This document shows positions 22,523 through 34,274 of a stretch of DNA of 35,941 nt, in pieces. The stretch comes from Octopus bimaculoides (Eukaryota): assembly GCF_001194135.2 (NCBI RefSeq), contig NC_068984.1, positions 87,475,039 to 87,510,979 of the forward strand, given 5' to 3'. Positions within the stretch are counted from its first letter, which is position 1, and the number at the start of each line of letters is the position of its first letter. A model generated the notes under the pieces. The model searched no databases and was not told the DNA's origin. It saw only the letters and a list, made by a program, of their open reading frames with translations. The translations under genes were made by a program, and so were the position numbers.

Positions 22523-22732
22523 TCACTAAAGTGACTGAGGGTGCTGGTCAGCACCAGTATTGCTAGAAATAAGAGTCAAAACAACTCGCTAGTGATCTGG
22601 CTATGCCTGGTGCTGAGGGAGCTTGCCTCCCTTGTCAGTCATTAAGATAAGTGCTTATTGTGGCTATGAGTTGTTTTGACTCTTATTTCTAGCAATACTA
22701 GTGCTGACTTGTGCCCTTAGTCGCTTCAGTGA
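22523..22732. repeat. foldback/MITE-like element (65-bp arms, 80-bp spacer)
   Basis: Inner 32 bp are a perfect inverted repeat (22556-22587 vs 22668-22699). The outer 33 bp have 8 differences, 5 of them G.U compatible. Confidence 0.9.
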
Positions 22733-22783
22733 TGTATACATTTTTTGCCTTTCAGTTGAAAAATTGCTAACAAACCACCCTTA

Positions 22784-22936
22784 TGTATGTATGTATGTAT
22801 ATACATATATATATACATATATATATATGTATATATATATATATACACGTATATATATACACACAATGTATATATGTGGTTGTCTATATCCATATATGTG
22901 CATATCTGGATATGTGCATGTTTGTATTTATTTGTA

Positions 22937-22988
<52 letters not shown>
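22784..22988. repeat. compound microsatellite (TATG)n/(TA)n/(TG)25
   Basis: Direct reading; (TG)n at 22939-22988. Confidence 0.95.
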
Positions 22989-22991
<3 letters not shown>

Positions 22992-23211
22992 ATATGCATA
23001 AATATTCAAAAGTCGATAAATTGTTTTTGTTGTTTTAACACTAATAGCATGAACTGTTTGTTCAATATCATTGACCATTAAATCAGTTGATGGTAGAACT
23101 GGCAGTTGTAATGTGATTTGCTGTCAGTCTATCTTTGAATTAAACCTGTTTGCCTCTACAGTTTTAGTTTGAATGTTTTGTTTAAAAACATTTTATCCCA
23201 GTGATTAATAC

Positions 23212-23242
<31 letters not shown>

Positions 23243-23354
23243 TATGTAGTGGTTACTGCATCTATACAGTTTAGAGCAGGTGTGACAACTACAGGTGATG
23301 ATAGAACACTTTTCATCGTATTCATGTATATCATTATCATCATCATTTTTAAAA

Positions 23355-23765
23355 CAGCAAATTGGTTAGTAGAATCAATATTAGCATGCCAGGCAAATTG
23401 CTTAGCAGCATTTCTTTCTGCTTTTCACATTCTGGATTCAAATTCTGCTGAGTCTGACTTTGCTTTTCATCTTTGCAGGAATTAATAAGATAACTACTGG
23501 TTGAATACCAAAGTTGATGTAATTGACTATCCCATTCCCCACAAAAATCTGGCCTGTGCCGATAGTGGAATGAATTTTTGTTATTATGGCAAGCTGGACA
23601 AAATGCTTAACAATATTTCATCTGTTTTTACATTCTGAGTTCAAATTCTGCTTTTCATCCTTTTGGGGTTGATGAAATAAGTACCAGTTGAACATTGGGG
23701 TTGATGTAACCGACTATCCCACTTCCCTCAAATTTCAGGCCTTGTGCCTTTAGTAGAAAGGATTA
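23355..23765 (+). mobile_element. two tandem SINE family C copies
   Basis: ~23355-23575 and ~23587-23765 both match 7243-7445 and 20547-20684. Confidence 0.75.
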
Positions 23766-24816
23766 TTTATTATCGATAATATTAATATGCTAACTTTTTG
23801 CTTTTGTACATACGTACCTGTGGTGTGTGTCACACTTATTTCAAAGGAAGCAGTAAAAAGGTTGAAGGGAGAGGTACAAAGGAAAAGAGAAATAAAAGGT
23901 GTTTAACAGGGGAGGTATAGTTGAAGTGAGTGGCAAAGTGGGAGAGAGGGGAGGGACAGAGAGGAAGTGAGAAAGACAGTGAGTGGTGACTGAAAGGAAG
24001 GTGGTGTTCCCTTTTTTGTTTTTAAATGTTGATCAGTATTTTCAGAGTAGACTGATACATACGTCGAAAGAAAATAGATGCATATATCCAAAGAAAAGTA
24101 GGTACATAGACACATTGGTAAATCAAAGACAAATAACTACAGCAAATATTAGATGCCACTTTCACTTTTCATGACCACACCAAGATAAAATTAACGTGCA
24201 AGTGGTTGCGTACTCCACAGATATGCGTACCATTAACATAGTTCTCAGGGAGATTTAGCCTCATACATAATGTAACAAGGCTGGCCCCTTTGAATCTTCA
24301 CTCTCTTAACCATAGAGAAAAAAGAGTGAAGCGACAGAGAAAGGAAAGCCTCAGTCATTTAAAATGACAATTAGACTGAAATGTGATCAATCTTTTCTAG
24401 CTTCTTTACTATTAATAATGAAGAAGTGGTAAAGACATTTAGTAATGAATAGAGTGTAAGTCTTTCAGGTGTTTACATTTTCATTCTGGAAGTTCTAGAA
24501 AGACTGAGTGTTAGTTCTCTTTTCTTTCTCCCCCCACCGGTACTTATTCACCTTGTTTGATAGTTCTTCATGTCATTTAGTGGTGGGGGGAAAGACCATG
24601 TTTCTTTTTTTTCTAGGCATGTTTAACATTTTCTTTACAAACTACAAACAAGCCCCACTTCCTTCCCTTTTTTTTTTCCATACAAAAACTAATGCAAATT
24701 TCAAACAGGGTATAGCTGTGAAAAGAGCCCAGAAAAATAGGTAATACCTCCTACAAAATGGGTGGGGGAGAAAAGTTGCCAACAGTGGCTACATGAAATT
24801 CAACTCTACTTTATAG

Positions 24817-24895
24817 AGTGTCTTCTACTATAGCCTTGGGCTGACCAAAGCCTCGTGAATGGTTTTGGTAGACGGAAATTGAAAGAAGCCTGTTG

Positions 24896-24945
<50 letters not shown>

Positions 24946-24960
24946 TGTGTATTTATGTAT
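24817..24960 (+). mobile_element. SINE family A fragment with (TG)n linker
   Basis: GTGTCTTCTACTATAGCCTTGGGCTGACCAAAGCC...GGTAGACGGAAA then (TG)n. Confidence 0.8.
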
Positions 24961-25229
24961 GTGTCTGCATATAGTGTGTGACCAATTGAGGCGCTTTGTG
25001 TTGCATTGCTGTTTCTTTCTCTTTTTTTTTTGTTTTTATTTTGTAAAATACATTCCTCTTCACTGAAATATGGCAAATTGTAACAGTTATTTTTTACCTC
25101 TTGACACTAGTAAACCTGTCAGATGTTGCAGATAGAAAACCAGTAGTGTTATTTATTATTGTTCTCTTTTTTTCTCATTGCACTGCAGTGTTATCAACTT
25201 TGTTGTATTTTTATTGTTTGGTAATTGCT

Positions 25230-25325
25230 CTTAGTTTCTAAATGAATTCTCTATAAATTATATTTTGAAAATATCAATAAATAAGCATTACATTTGACAG
25301 AGTAATCTGAATGTTAAGGGGTTAA
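25230..25325. mobile_element. possible piggyBac-type terminus
   Basis: Ends AAGGGG|TTAA (TTAA at 25322-25325), i.e. TTAA-CCC on the other strand. The partner end was not found. Confidence 0.25.
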
Positions 25326-26080
25326 GGACATCCTGGCCATCTTTACAAAGATCAAAGATACTGATGTAAGCAGCATCCAGATTATACTTCATCTTATGTA
25401 TGTGCAGTATTATAAAGTTTGCCTACTGTATAGTTGTTCTTGCTTAACCTCTCATTGACCCTGTTCAAGCAGACCTATGATCAAAGATGTTCCAGATGTG
25501 TCTATCCCATCTTTTGTATATCCAGGACTTTGCAAGCCTTTCAATAAAAGAGCAGGTTGTGTGTTGAAGGAGATTTGGTTATTGTTTTTAGTAAGTGTAA
25601 GCAACCAATGGTTTGTTGCTATGGGCGAGATGTTGATGATGGTGGTAGTGTAAAAAAATTACCATAGAGCCTTTAAGTCTGTACTCGTATTGAAAAGCAG
25701 GGTATGTAATAACAGCATCTTTTCTTTTACAATCTTGCTCAAATACCAAGACCTACATAGAAAACTATATTTTATTAATGAAGTCTAAACTGACTGAGAC
25801 CTGTTTGTAGCTGTTATCTTTCGCTCTTGAAATTATCTCCCCTTTTTGAGAGTTGTGAACAATTGTCAGTGTTTTTTTTTAAAAATCTTTCTCCAACTAA
25901 CAAGTAGAAGGAAGGAAGAATGTTATCTTAAGAGTGGAGACCTGACCTGAATGCTTGCAATAGAGTGTACAGTGGTAAAGGCACATAAGGACTGGGTGGG
26001 TGGGTTTTGTTAAAGTGAAAAGCAGATTTCGTCTACCACCTAAGATCAAGAACTGCATCTCTAACCAGTTACCATATAAT

Positions 26081-26180
26081 TTCTGTCTACCAAATTTCAC
26101 TCACAAAGCTTGCTTGAGGTTAGGATGACAAATACTTGCCCAAGTTTCCACAGCAGTGAGATTCAACCTGAAACTACCTA
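26081..26180 (-). mobile_element. SINE family A fragment
   Basis: TTCTGTCTACCAAATTTCACTCACAAAGC...ACTTGCCCAAG. Confidence 0.6.
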
Positions 26181-26660
26181 ATTATAATGTAAAGGGGTAG
26201 AGAACAGCAAAAGCTTGGAAAAATATTTTAAGTTCTGAGGAATAGTGTTTGGGATTAATGAAGTTATTGAAGTGGCAATTACTGCTTTAGGATGATGTTG
26301 TAGTAGGGTGTTCTAGAGTGTGTCTAGGTATGTTCTAGATATGTGAATTTTTATATATGTGAATGTATGAATAATTCTGAGGTTAAGAAGGTAATTTTTA
26401 GATCTCTGTTAATTATGTTCAAATAATATATCTTTTTTATTTTTTTTGCCTCATAAACATCACAACAGGCCAGTTTATGTGTGAATTGATAGTCATACAT
26501 GCTGAGAATGTGTCAAATTCCATAAATAATCATATTAGCAAAGATGATAATGGGTGAACTTGTGGTAACAGCTGTTAAGACAAAACAGAATTGTATTTAC
26601 ACATGTATTTTAATCTTGTACATTTGTTAATGCACTTTATTTTTTCATTGCAGCTTGATC

Positions 26661-26948
26661 ATGAAGTGCAATTTTTCATGCATATTTCTGGTCACTTTTC
26701 TCTTTCTTCATGAAAAAGTTACATTGGTAACTTGTTCTAAGGGAGATTCTTCCTGGATATTCCAGCGGTGCCTTAGTGGTTGTCTTCATAAAAACTGCAC
26801 TAATATGAAAGTCTTTGCCAGTCGCCAACCACTTAGTTTGAAACTAACAGGTTGGCATTGCGAAGATGAATGCAAGTATACTTGTATGTGGTATACTGTT
26901 GATGCTTTTCAAAGAGACAGCCAAAAAATACCACAGTTCTATGGAAAG
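26661..26948 (+). CDS. PGAP3: PGAP3 / Per1-like (post-GPI attachment to proteins factor 3), first coding exon, 96 codons
   Basis: MKCNFSCIFLVTFLFLHEKVTLVTCSKGDSSWIFQRCLSGCLHKNC...RQPLSLKLTGWHCEDECKYTCMW...KIPQFYGK: signal-peptide-like start, S.GD motif, and the conserved W.C.D+CKY.CMW and PQF.GK motifs. Acceptor TTTTTCATTGCAG ends at 26653, ATG is at 26661, and a phase-0 donor AAG|GTAAGT is at 26949. Confidence 0.95.
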
Positions 26949-27445
26949 GTAAGTAGTTAAAATGTTTGTTTTTTTAATTATTCATAAGAAATTCTTTCAT
27001 GAATGATTTTGCATTCAGTATTTCTTCCTTCCATATTTTTTTTTTAAATACACACAAAATATTGGTAAACGTTTGTAGATATTGATGAATTCTCCTGTTG
27101 AAGACCTGCACAAATGATTTGTTTATAGTGATCAAATGTATGTGCTGTACATTAGCTCACTCTCTTCATCAAATCAACATTGCCTGAACAGGTGCATGAT
27201 GTACTACATGTCAGGTGTCAAAGTGATTGCAGAGCAATGCGAGATGATGTGTTTTGCTCAAGAACACAATGCCTCACCCAGTCCGGGAATCTTGCAATCG
27301 TAAGTGCAATAGATATATTTTGGTTGTTAAAACAATATTAATTCATTATCACTTCATACTATTGAGCACACAGACACCTTCTCTATAGGGTCCTATTAGA
27401 AGTAATAGTCATTGAATTTTCCTTTTGGTTTCCCAAGCGAGACTA

Positions 27446-27622
27446 TAGTCTGAGGTTGTAGAAAACTGGGTGGTGATCAATTGATAGCTCCACCCCTCTC
27501 TTTCTACAAATGTCCAGCTCAGATACAATTACAAAACCTATCAGTGAACTTTGTCCCAAAGTAGCCCTATACCAGGTAGACTTATGGATATCTCTGGACT
27601 GGAAGAATGTATTCATACTCTT
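27446..27622 (-). mobile_element. RTE-clade (Expander/Rex3-like) APE endonuclease remnant
   Basis: Minus translation MNTFFQSRDIHKSTWYRATLGQSSLIGFVIVSELDICRKRGVELSIDHHPV matches NT.F.H+..HK.TW.....G..S.ID+V.V.....KRG.ELSTDH. Confidence 0.8.
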
Positions 27623-29683
27623 TTCCAACACAGAAATCTAGTTTAGCCTCTCCATTATGAACATTAACAGTGTATAATACTTAATTTTGTTTTTAAGATG
27701 TCAGTCTTTTTTATAGAGAAACTTTCTTAGAAAATTTACTGGTACTTGTTCCCAACTGCTAGGTGAACTGAGTTATATAGATTAAAAATGTTCTGCCTTT
27801 AAGACATAACAAAATATCTGCAGAGGATTTGAATTCATGATCCATGAGCTGATACTATTAATCAACTTGTTAATTTCTTTCAGACAATAAGCATAAACAT
27901 TTTGACTATTATCTGTAAATTAAAAAAGGAATTAGTTATCTTATTTAGAAAAAAAAATTCATAATGCTTTAGTATAAACTAAACCAGGCAAGGCTCTTGT
28001 AGATTTTTACAGTTATATGGTTTAAGTTGGTTTAAAATCTGCAGTGCAGAGTTGAGAAAGTTTTGTAAATTAGTAAATAGAGGTAAAAGAAAATCATTAG
28101 CATTGAGGTAAAAAAAAAGATCGTAAAAGAAGAGAATACATTAATAGAAAGTGAGTGAGAGAGAGGGGGGCAGTAATTAGCAAGTATTATAATGTCTGTG
28201 TTAGGTGTTTTAGACACCAAGAAGGTGTCTGTCTGCTTGCAATTGTATAGGCACCTAAAACAATTATTGAAAGCATGTACAAATTACTAAGTCATACTTG
28301 TGCTTGCAAATGATGGTTAAGGTTTTTTTAGCTGTTATATTCTATTCTTTATATTAATTAAATTACTGATTGCACAGTGTGAACTCAAAAGGAAAGAAGT
28401 GAGCAGAAAGTGATTCAGTATGCGTGTGTGTGTAATTTCCTATAAAGCATTCTTGATGTGAACAGAGTTAGAAATAGTAGTATCAAAGGTGTTGATGATT
28501 ACTTGTGGTAGAAACAACAGTGATTATGGAAGTATTTGATAGTGCATTGTCTGCAAAAAAGCATGAGATTGTACAGGAATGAATGATAGATTAATGTGGG
28601 CTGAAGATGAGATGGATCAAATGTGAGAAAGTTAACCCGTTAGAAATAGGTTGTTTTTGCAATTTCTTCCAAAGCATTTTAACATGAAACTACAGTTGTA
28701 TGTTGTTGCTGCTATGATAACAACCTATTCTATATTATATTTAATTAAAAATGTTGTTTAAGTAACGATGGATAAAGATATTAAATCATCTCAGTTTATT
28801 TTATTCTGTTAATTTACTGTATGCGAGGCTTTACAATTAGAGACTAGACAAGAGGTGTTATTATGCTAAAATCTGTACCATGGATAAAGGCTCTATATTT
28901 TTTATCAACTGATGGATCTATAAAAGGAAAGTATAGTTTTTCACATTTGATATTTAGCAAAGATACTCTGCATATCTCTGCAAATTCTGACAAAGCTGTC
29001 AATTTCATATCTTGTTGTAAGCTTATCCTTTAGAATGGACTTCCCCGGAACCCTTCATTGCTCACATCTGTGCAGGAAAAGACCTGCACAGTTTTGAACT
29101 CTCCAAACTTTTATAAGATAGCAGACAGTAATTTCAAGAAGTTGGTAAGGATGCACTGTCAACATTTTGACTTCTAGGCGATAATATAAGCCAGCCATGT
29201 GGCCATAATAGGGCTTATGTTTTAGCACTGCCTGATTAATGTCGAAAGCTTGTCTTGATAGGTACACTTAATGATCCCTATATTATTTATGAATACATAT
29301 TTAATTCAACATTATTGATTTCATTACTTCTAAGACTGAATATTTCCATAACAGAGTTATCTTGTTTACTTCAGTTCTCAATTATAAAACTAACTAAACT
29401 AAACATTTGAATGTATATGCAAAAAAATCATTTCTCTCTAAATGAAGAATTTGACATCCTTATAAAAGACTTAGTCTGTGAGCTGATTGACCACCCTAAA
29501 TAAAACTATAACACCTGAATTGCAACATCTACTGTGAGCTTCTACAGTTATGATGGAATCCTGATCTCAAAGTGTCCATCTGGTATATTCAACTGTAAAA
29601 TAAATTGAACTGAAGCAGAAGCAAGCTTAACAACAGTAAACAGAGTGAGTGTGTGTGTACACACACATACATGCACATGTGCG

Positions 29684-29928
29684 TGAATGGACTGTAGCAG
29701 TTCAATCCTTGCTACACATGTTTCAATAACATGATATTTTATTCATAATTCATGCATTACATCATAAGAAAATATCAGCCATTTCATCAGACACCTGACT
29801 GCTATTAGAATAAAAATCCAGTGCCTGATGAAATGGCTTAAGTTTTTTTTATGATGTAATGCATTATGAATAGGATGCCATGCTATTGAAACATATGTAG
29901 CACAAATTGAACTGCGAATGTCCATTCA
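29684..29928. repeat. foldback/MITE-like element (~110-bp imperfect arms, 26-bp spacer)
   Basis: 29684-29794 is the reverse complement of 29821-29928 (e.g. TGAATGGAC/GTCCATTCA, ATGCATTACATCATAA/TTATGATGTAATGCAT, AGCCATTTCATCAG/CTGATGAAATGGCT). Confidence 0.9.
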
Positions 29929-30469
29929 ACTCCTTTTATTGCATTTCTTTACCACATGACATACATAACTTTACTATATTACTACTGAGATTGGAGTTGT
30001 GGAGTACCTGATATGATTAAATAATCATTTTTTATCTTATAATGGAATGATAAAATGGAATATATTATTAATTGATTTGCTAATTTATTTATTTGTCTTC
30101 CTACATGGTCAACCACTTGCCATTTACATGCTGAAAGCTACTGAGCTAATAACCATGATTGACATGATCCAAACTAATTACTATATATTGTTTTTGTAGA
30201 AGTGAATATATAATATAATACTGTTGAATATAATAGAAACCAAGTTATATGTGCTTTACATTTAAGTGTGAGTTGCAAGAAATAATGTCAGGAAGTATTT
30301 TATCAGTTAAACTATTTCAGTTTTTATAATGAATATTTTGCTGGCAAAAATGGATATGAGTCCAGTAGCATTATTGATTTAAAGAAAAAAAAAGGCTTGC
30401 CTGTAAAATTGCGACATTCCTATATGATAACAGAAAAGAAGTCTAGTTCAAATTTTAAAATTATTTTTA

Positions 30470-30628
30470 TAGGTGCAGATATGGGGTTGTGGCAAAAAGT
30501 TTGCTTCTAGCCATATGGTTCCAGGCTCAATCTCATTTTGTGGCAGTTTGGACAAGCATGTTCTACTGTAGCCTTGGGCTAGCCAAAGCCTTGTGAGGCA
30601 GTTTGCTCAGCAGAAACTAAAAGAAGCC

Positions 30629-30633
<5 letters not shown>
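30470..30633 (+). mobile_element. SINE family A 5' half
   Basis: tRNA-like head and CTACTGTAGCCTTGGGCTAGCCAAAGCCTTGTGAG...GAAACTAAAAGAAGCC, followed by the microsatellite. Confidence 0.7.

Positions 30634-30720
<87 letters not shown>
30634..30720. repeat. (TA)n(CA)n microsatellite
   Basis: Direct reading. Confidence 0.95.
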
Positions 30721-30723
<3 letters not shown>

Positions 30724-31019
30724 GTGTGTCACACACACACTTTGTTTTTGTATCCGGTTTGCAAGATTTTTTATGTGAATTTGTGTGTTGAAACAAGTTT
30801 TGTTGTCTAGGGAAAGTCATTATGCCAATATTATTAACATGTGCACTGGTTCAATTCCACTTTTTTATTATTAGTCAATTGGTTAAATATCCAACTAACT
30901 AATCAATTGTTTGTTTAACAGCAGATCATTTTTTTTTGTCAAAGCTCTTTCGTTGCTATTTGCAACCATCTCAATGAATTTTCTCTTAGTCTGTTGCAGA
31001 GGCTGTGTTTGTCTGCTCG

Positions 31020-31470
31020 AGACATTGTTGCAATTTTGTCTGTGTGCATACCAGCATGCACGTGTGCCAGTGTGTGTGTGTGTGTGCATGTATGTATGGA
31101 TGTATGTATGTATGCATTCTTCTGCATGTGTGTATTTCTGTGTGTGTGTGTACTTCTTCTGTTTGCTTATGTGTGTATGCATGGTATGTATATGCTTTGT
31201 GCATATATATGTGTGTGCCTGTGTATATATGTGTGTGTACGTGCATGTTAGTGTGTGTATGTGTACCTGCCTGTCTGTACTACTTACCTACTTATCTAAC
31301 TACCTATCTATTTATCCCTCTACCTACCCATTTACTTACCTATTTCTCCACCTATCTATCGATCTACATAATTAAGTAACTAACAGTCTATATAACTAAC
31401 CCAACCACCCAAAAACCTTCATACTTATCTACCTACCTACCTATTTACCTACTTGACTGCCTACTTATGA
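31020..31470. repeat. degenerate (TG)n followed by (TACC/TATC)n simple repeats
   Basis: Direct reading. Confidence 0.85.
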
Positions 31471-31508
31471 ATGTACCTGTATCCGTGGCATTGGGGTATC
31501 CCTACTTC

Positions 31509-32010
31509 CTATGTGTATTTCTTATTTAGTATGGGTAGTGTTTCATTTATGAGGATGTACTCTTGTATTTGTCTAAGTAATGGGTCTTTTGGGTGTTTGA
31601 AAAAAATGCGGATGTCAGTTTGGCCCAGCAGGCTGCCATGTTGATAGAGTATGGATGACTATTTCTTGTCCATTATACTCCCTCCAGTGTTTGTTTGGGG
31701 ACACTTCTGGTGGTTTCCCCAATGTATGCCGTGTTTCTGTCCTTACAAACTCCTTCCATGCACCTTATGCTATAGACTACATTCCTAACCTTACAGTTAA
31801 TACAGGAGTTATGGTACATACCACACAGTTCTCATTAGTGCATGAGGTATTTTTGAAGGGGTATGTCCTACATCATTGCGATCTGATGAAGCTTCCTGGC
31901 TTCTCAATGATCATAATGTTGTGCTTGGTGGCCTTCAGAGCCTTCCTGAACCTATGGGCTAATTCCTCATGAGGTGTGGCCTCTACAAACATCACTCCTT
32001 GATATTTTTC
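31509..32010 (-). pseudogene. Penelope-like element GIY-YIG endonuclease domain, disrupted
   Basis: Minus strand, with frameshifts and stops: EKYQGVMFVEATPHEELA...IIEKPG...PFKNTSCTNENCVVC...NCKVRNVVYSIRC (31780->31760)...YIGETTRS (YIGET 31726->31712)...HWREY...DPLLRQIQEYILINETLPILNKK. This is the Cys-rich linker plus VY/YIG motif order of PLE endonucleases. Confidence 0.85.
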
Positions 32011-32189
32011 AGTCCTACTGTCTAACCAAGCTAAATAAACAATTGATTAGTTAGTTGGATATTTAACCAATTGACTAATAATAAAGGAGTGGAATTGAAC
32101 CAGTGGGTGTGTTGATAACATTGGTGTAATGACTCTCCTTAAACACAACAAAAAATATATATATATATATATATATATCTATATTCACA

Positions 32190-32465
32190 TACACACAGAC
32201 ATATATGTATGGATGTGTGTTTGTGTCTCTTTGTCTTGACATCATGTGATAGTTGTAAAATGATTGTCACTGTCATCCAAGCAATGTCATTTATTTCCAA
32301 TATTCTGCAGAAACAAAGTAAAGTGGTTGACGTTAGGAAGGGCATCAGCCATAGAAGCCATGCCAAAGCAGACAATGGAGCCTGGTGCAGCTCTCTGGCT
32401 TGCCAGCTCTGGTCAAACCATCCAACCCATGCCAGCATAGAAGAATTAAATGATAATGATAATGG
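32190..32465 (+). mobile_element. SINE body with RTE-derived 3' tail
   Basis: TTGTCTTGACATCA...GTGGTTGACGTTAGGAAGGGCATC...CCAACCCATGCCAGCAT...(TGA/TAA)n tail. Confidence 0.7.
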
Positions 32466-33106
32466 TAAACAGTCACTATTAATATTAAATATGTATATAA
32501 TCTCACACATACACACGCAATTTGGCTACTACTTCTTTACCTCTTCCTTCCAGCTGTTAATTTTATCTTTCCACTGAAACTGTAGTTCTGTCTGTTGTGT
32601 GTGTGTGTGTGTGTGTAATGGGCAAAAGGTTGCAATATGTGTGTGTGTCTATGTGTTATATATGATGTTTATTGACTATGTAGCTTTTATTATCTTTACC
32701 ATCCTTCTACTACTGTTTGTTGATTTTGGTGTTCCTCTTCACATTTTTATAACCTTCTTTCTATATGATAGAAAATGTGACCAGAGAAATCAACCAACCA
32801 GCATTTATATCAGCTAATATTACAAAGAGATATTTTGGTATGGAAACTAGAAAAACTAGTTATATATACCTTAAAGTTCATCCATTTAAAACCCTATTCC
32901 ATCAGTACAATAGCTTGTTTTGGTTCCTTTCAGTGGAATAAAACACCATAGATCTCAAAAAGAAAAACAAAAACTAAAGTGCCTGAGAAGTGAGAGTTAG
33001 AGAAATATGTCAAATTTAGACCAAGCAAGGCCAATCATGAACCACTTAAAAATCATGATCTGTGCATCACATAGAAACTTCATATAATCCTTCAAACTTC
33101 TTCAGT

Positions 33107-33290
33107 ACTGGTGCCATGTAAAAAGCATCCAGTCCACACTGTAAAGTGGTTAGTGTTTGGAAGGGTATCCCGCTGTAAAACCATGCCAAAATAGGCCTTG
33201 CTGGGGCTGGTGCCACATAAAAAGCACTGTCCACTATGTAAGGAAGTCAGTGTTACAAAGGGTGTCCAGCCGTAAAAAGAACCGTGCCAT
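33107..33290 (+). mobile_element. two tandem fragments of the RTE 3'-UTR motif
   Basis: GGTGCCA(T/C)(G/A)TAAAAAGCA...GAAGGGTATCCCGCTGTAAAA, repeated twice with divergence. Confidence 0.55.
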
Positions 33291-33808
33291 TTTACTTGTG
33301 CAGCAACTAAAAACAAGCAACTCTATCTTATCTTTGTTCACTGAAAAGAGAATCCAACAAGATCTCACATTCTAGATTTATACTAAGTAAATTCGATACT
33401 GGTATTGAGGGAATTTGAAGTTATTATGCAACTGTTCTGTAAATATATTGAAGAGTTTAGTATAGTGGTGGGTTATTATCAAGGTTCTGTTCTCCAACCA
33501 TTTCTATTCAGAATAAGCAATAGTGTGTAAGTCCAGAATTGGTTGTCCTTGGAAAATTTACTGAAGTCTTGGCTCTCATTATAAAAAATCTGACAGAGAA
33601 CTACAGAAAAACCTCCAAACTGGTCTAGAGTTTAAGTGCCTAGAAGTCAACTTTGTTTAAATACTGAACATAATGGTTGTTTGACCATAAGTGATCATAA
33701 TCGTTTTATGATTATTCATACAGAAGGCGAAATTTCATTTGTACACTTTTTGATATGTACTTTTTAACATCAAAATGTGTACAGCAAAAGCAAGCATGTT
33801 ATATTCTT

Positions 33809-34014
33809 CTGTTTGTTTCAGTCATTTTGACTGCAACCATGCTGGAGCATCGCCTTTAGTCAAATAAATAGACCCCTGGACTTATTCTTTATAAGCCTAG
33901 TACTTATTCTCTAGGTCTCTTTTGCTGAACTGCTAAGTTATGGGGATGTAAACACACCAACATCAGTTGTCAAGCGATGGTGGGCGGGACAAAAACAGAC
34001 ACACACACACATAG

Positions 34015-34049
<35 letters not shown>

Positions 34050-34215
34050 CACACACAAGATGGACTTCTTTCAGTTTCCGTCTACCAAATCCACTCACAA
34101 GGCTTTGGTTGGTCCGAGGCTATATTAGAAGACATTTGCCCAAGGTGCCATGCAGTGGGACTGAACCCAGAACCTTGTGGTTGGTAAGCCAGCTACTTAC
34201 CACACAGCCATGCCT
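33809..34215 (-). mobile_element. SINE family A, full length
   Basis: Collinear with 18717-19099, including GGGACTGAACC (B box, reverse) and ACCACACAGCCA (A box, reverse). Confidence 0.9.
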
Positions 34216-34226
34216 ATATCTATCTA

Positions 34227-34267
<41 letters not shown>

Positions 34268-34274
34268 ATATATA

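Larger units (their letters stand above)
30798..32153. mobile_element. ~1.35-kb segment bounded by ~120-bp inverted repeats and containing a Penelope-like remnant
   Basis: Arms at 30798-30916 and 32033-32153; the inner 69 bp (30844-30912 vs 32037-32105) match 67/69. Confidence 0.75.

Noticed and set aside
22701-23081. ORFs rich in CV/YI/HT dipeptides (also 30593-31379, 23201-23485, 24828-25076)
   Set aside because: Translations of (TG)n, (TA)n and (CA)n microsatellites.
26655-26660. TTG start of the tracked 101-aa ORF and its VSS tail (26949-26960)
   Set aside because: The in-frame ATG at 26661 is the simpler start, and the tail is intron sequence past the GTAAGT donor.
29071-29096. 9-bp perfect hairpin CTGTGCAGG/CCTGCACAG (and an 8-bp one near 9389)
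   Set aside because: Short hairpins of this size are expected by chance in 36 kb, and there is no supporting context.
29825-29831. CTGATGA heptamers here, at 29784-29790 (minus) and at ~31883
   Set aside because: No correctly placed downstream GAAA, NUH and stems, so they are not hammerheads.
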